DNA of 64,000 bases from Cetorhinus maximus (taxonomy: Eukaryota): NCBI RefSeq assembly GCF_964194155.1, contig NC_135885.1, forward strand, positions 116,312,001 through 116,376,000, written 5' to 3'. Positions 63,631-64,000 of the stretch are shown piece after piece. Position numbers and translations under genes: made by a program. Within the stretch, counting starts at the first letter, position 1. Each line of letters opens with the position of its first letter. The notes below the pieces were generated by a model that was not told where the DNA came from, searched no databases, and worked only from the letters and a program-made list of their open reading frames with translations.

Positions 63631-64000
63631 CTGAGTGGGAATTGGGAGTTGAGAGATGAGAGATGTCACAATCCTGCCACCTACCCAGCAGTGTCCACCT
63701 ACACTACTTTCATCTAGTGGAGACAGGGATGACCCGGAGTCGAGGATGCTGCCTTGGCATCTGGCCCAAGGTGGAGTTGAGGTGAACCAATGCCGCGGTG
63801 ACCAGGTTAAAAGGCCCTACCTCCGTTTGCTGAGACACTGCCTCTTAAAAGCTTGTAAATGTTTCAAAATAAACAAGCTCACACTCCTCTTGACAGCTGT
63901 GTCAACAAAACTTGCTGAACAAAATCCATTAGTGGGTTAAAGGCAGTCAAGCATTCATAATGACATTCCACTGAATAACAGTATACATGCCCCCTGCTGA

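Overview
Repeat-saturated vertebrate genomic DNA, most likely from a cartilaginous fish (shark-like). This is inferred from the mix of abundant CR1 LINEs, a SacSINE1/DeuSINE-type SINE, Penelope-like elements (PLEs) and PIF/Harbinger transposons. No host protein-coding exon, rRNA, tRNA gene or CRISPR array can be supported; every recognisable ORF is a decayed transposon fragment. Main contents: (i) two large decayed Harbinger elements with convergent Myb/SANT and DDE transposase genes (1-4149; 35327-45061), plus many Harbinger-type MITEs, several with 3-bp TSDs; (ii) a Gmr1-like gypsy element with the unusual gag-PR-INT-RT-RH order (30335-35030, minus), a conventional gypsy pol/3'LTR, a gag remnant and solo LTRs; (iii) many CR1 and CR1/L2-group LINE pieces; (iv) two PLE families whose 3' regions carry minimal hammerhead ribozyme motifs. 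The most interesting signal is that PLE copies repeatedly occur as head-to-head palindromes with both 3' tails pointing outward and roughly 12-15 bp TSDs. In addition, two different Harbinger-type elements appear to have landed on the same GTT triplet, the predicted cleavage triplet of the PLE hammerhead. All alignments were done by eye, and boundaries of old repeats are approximate.
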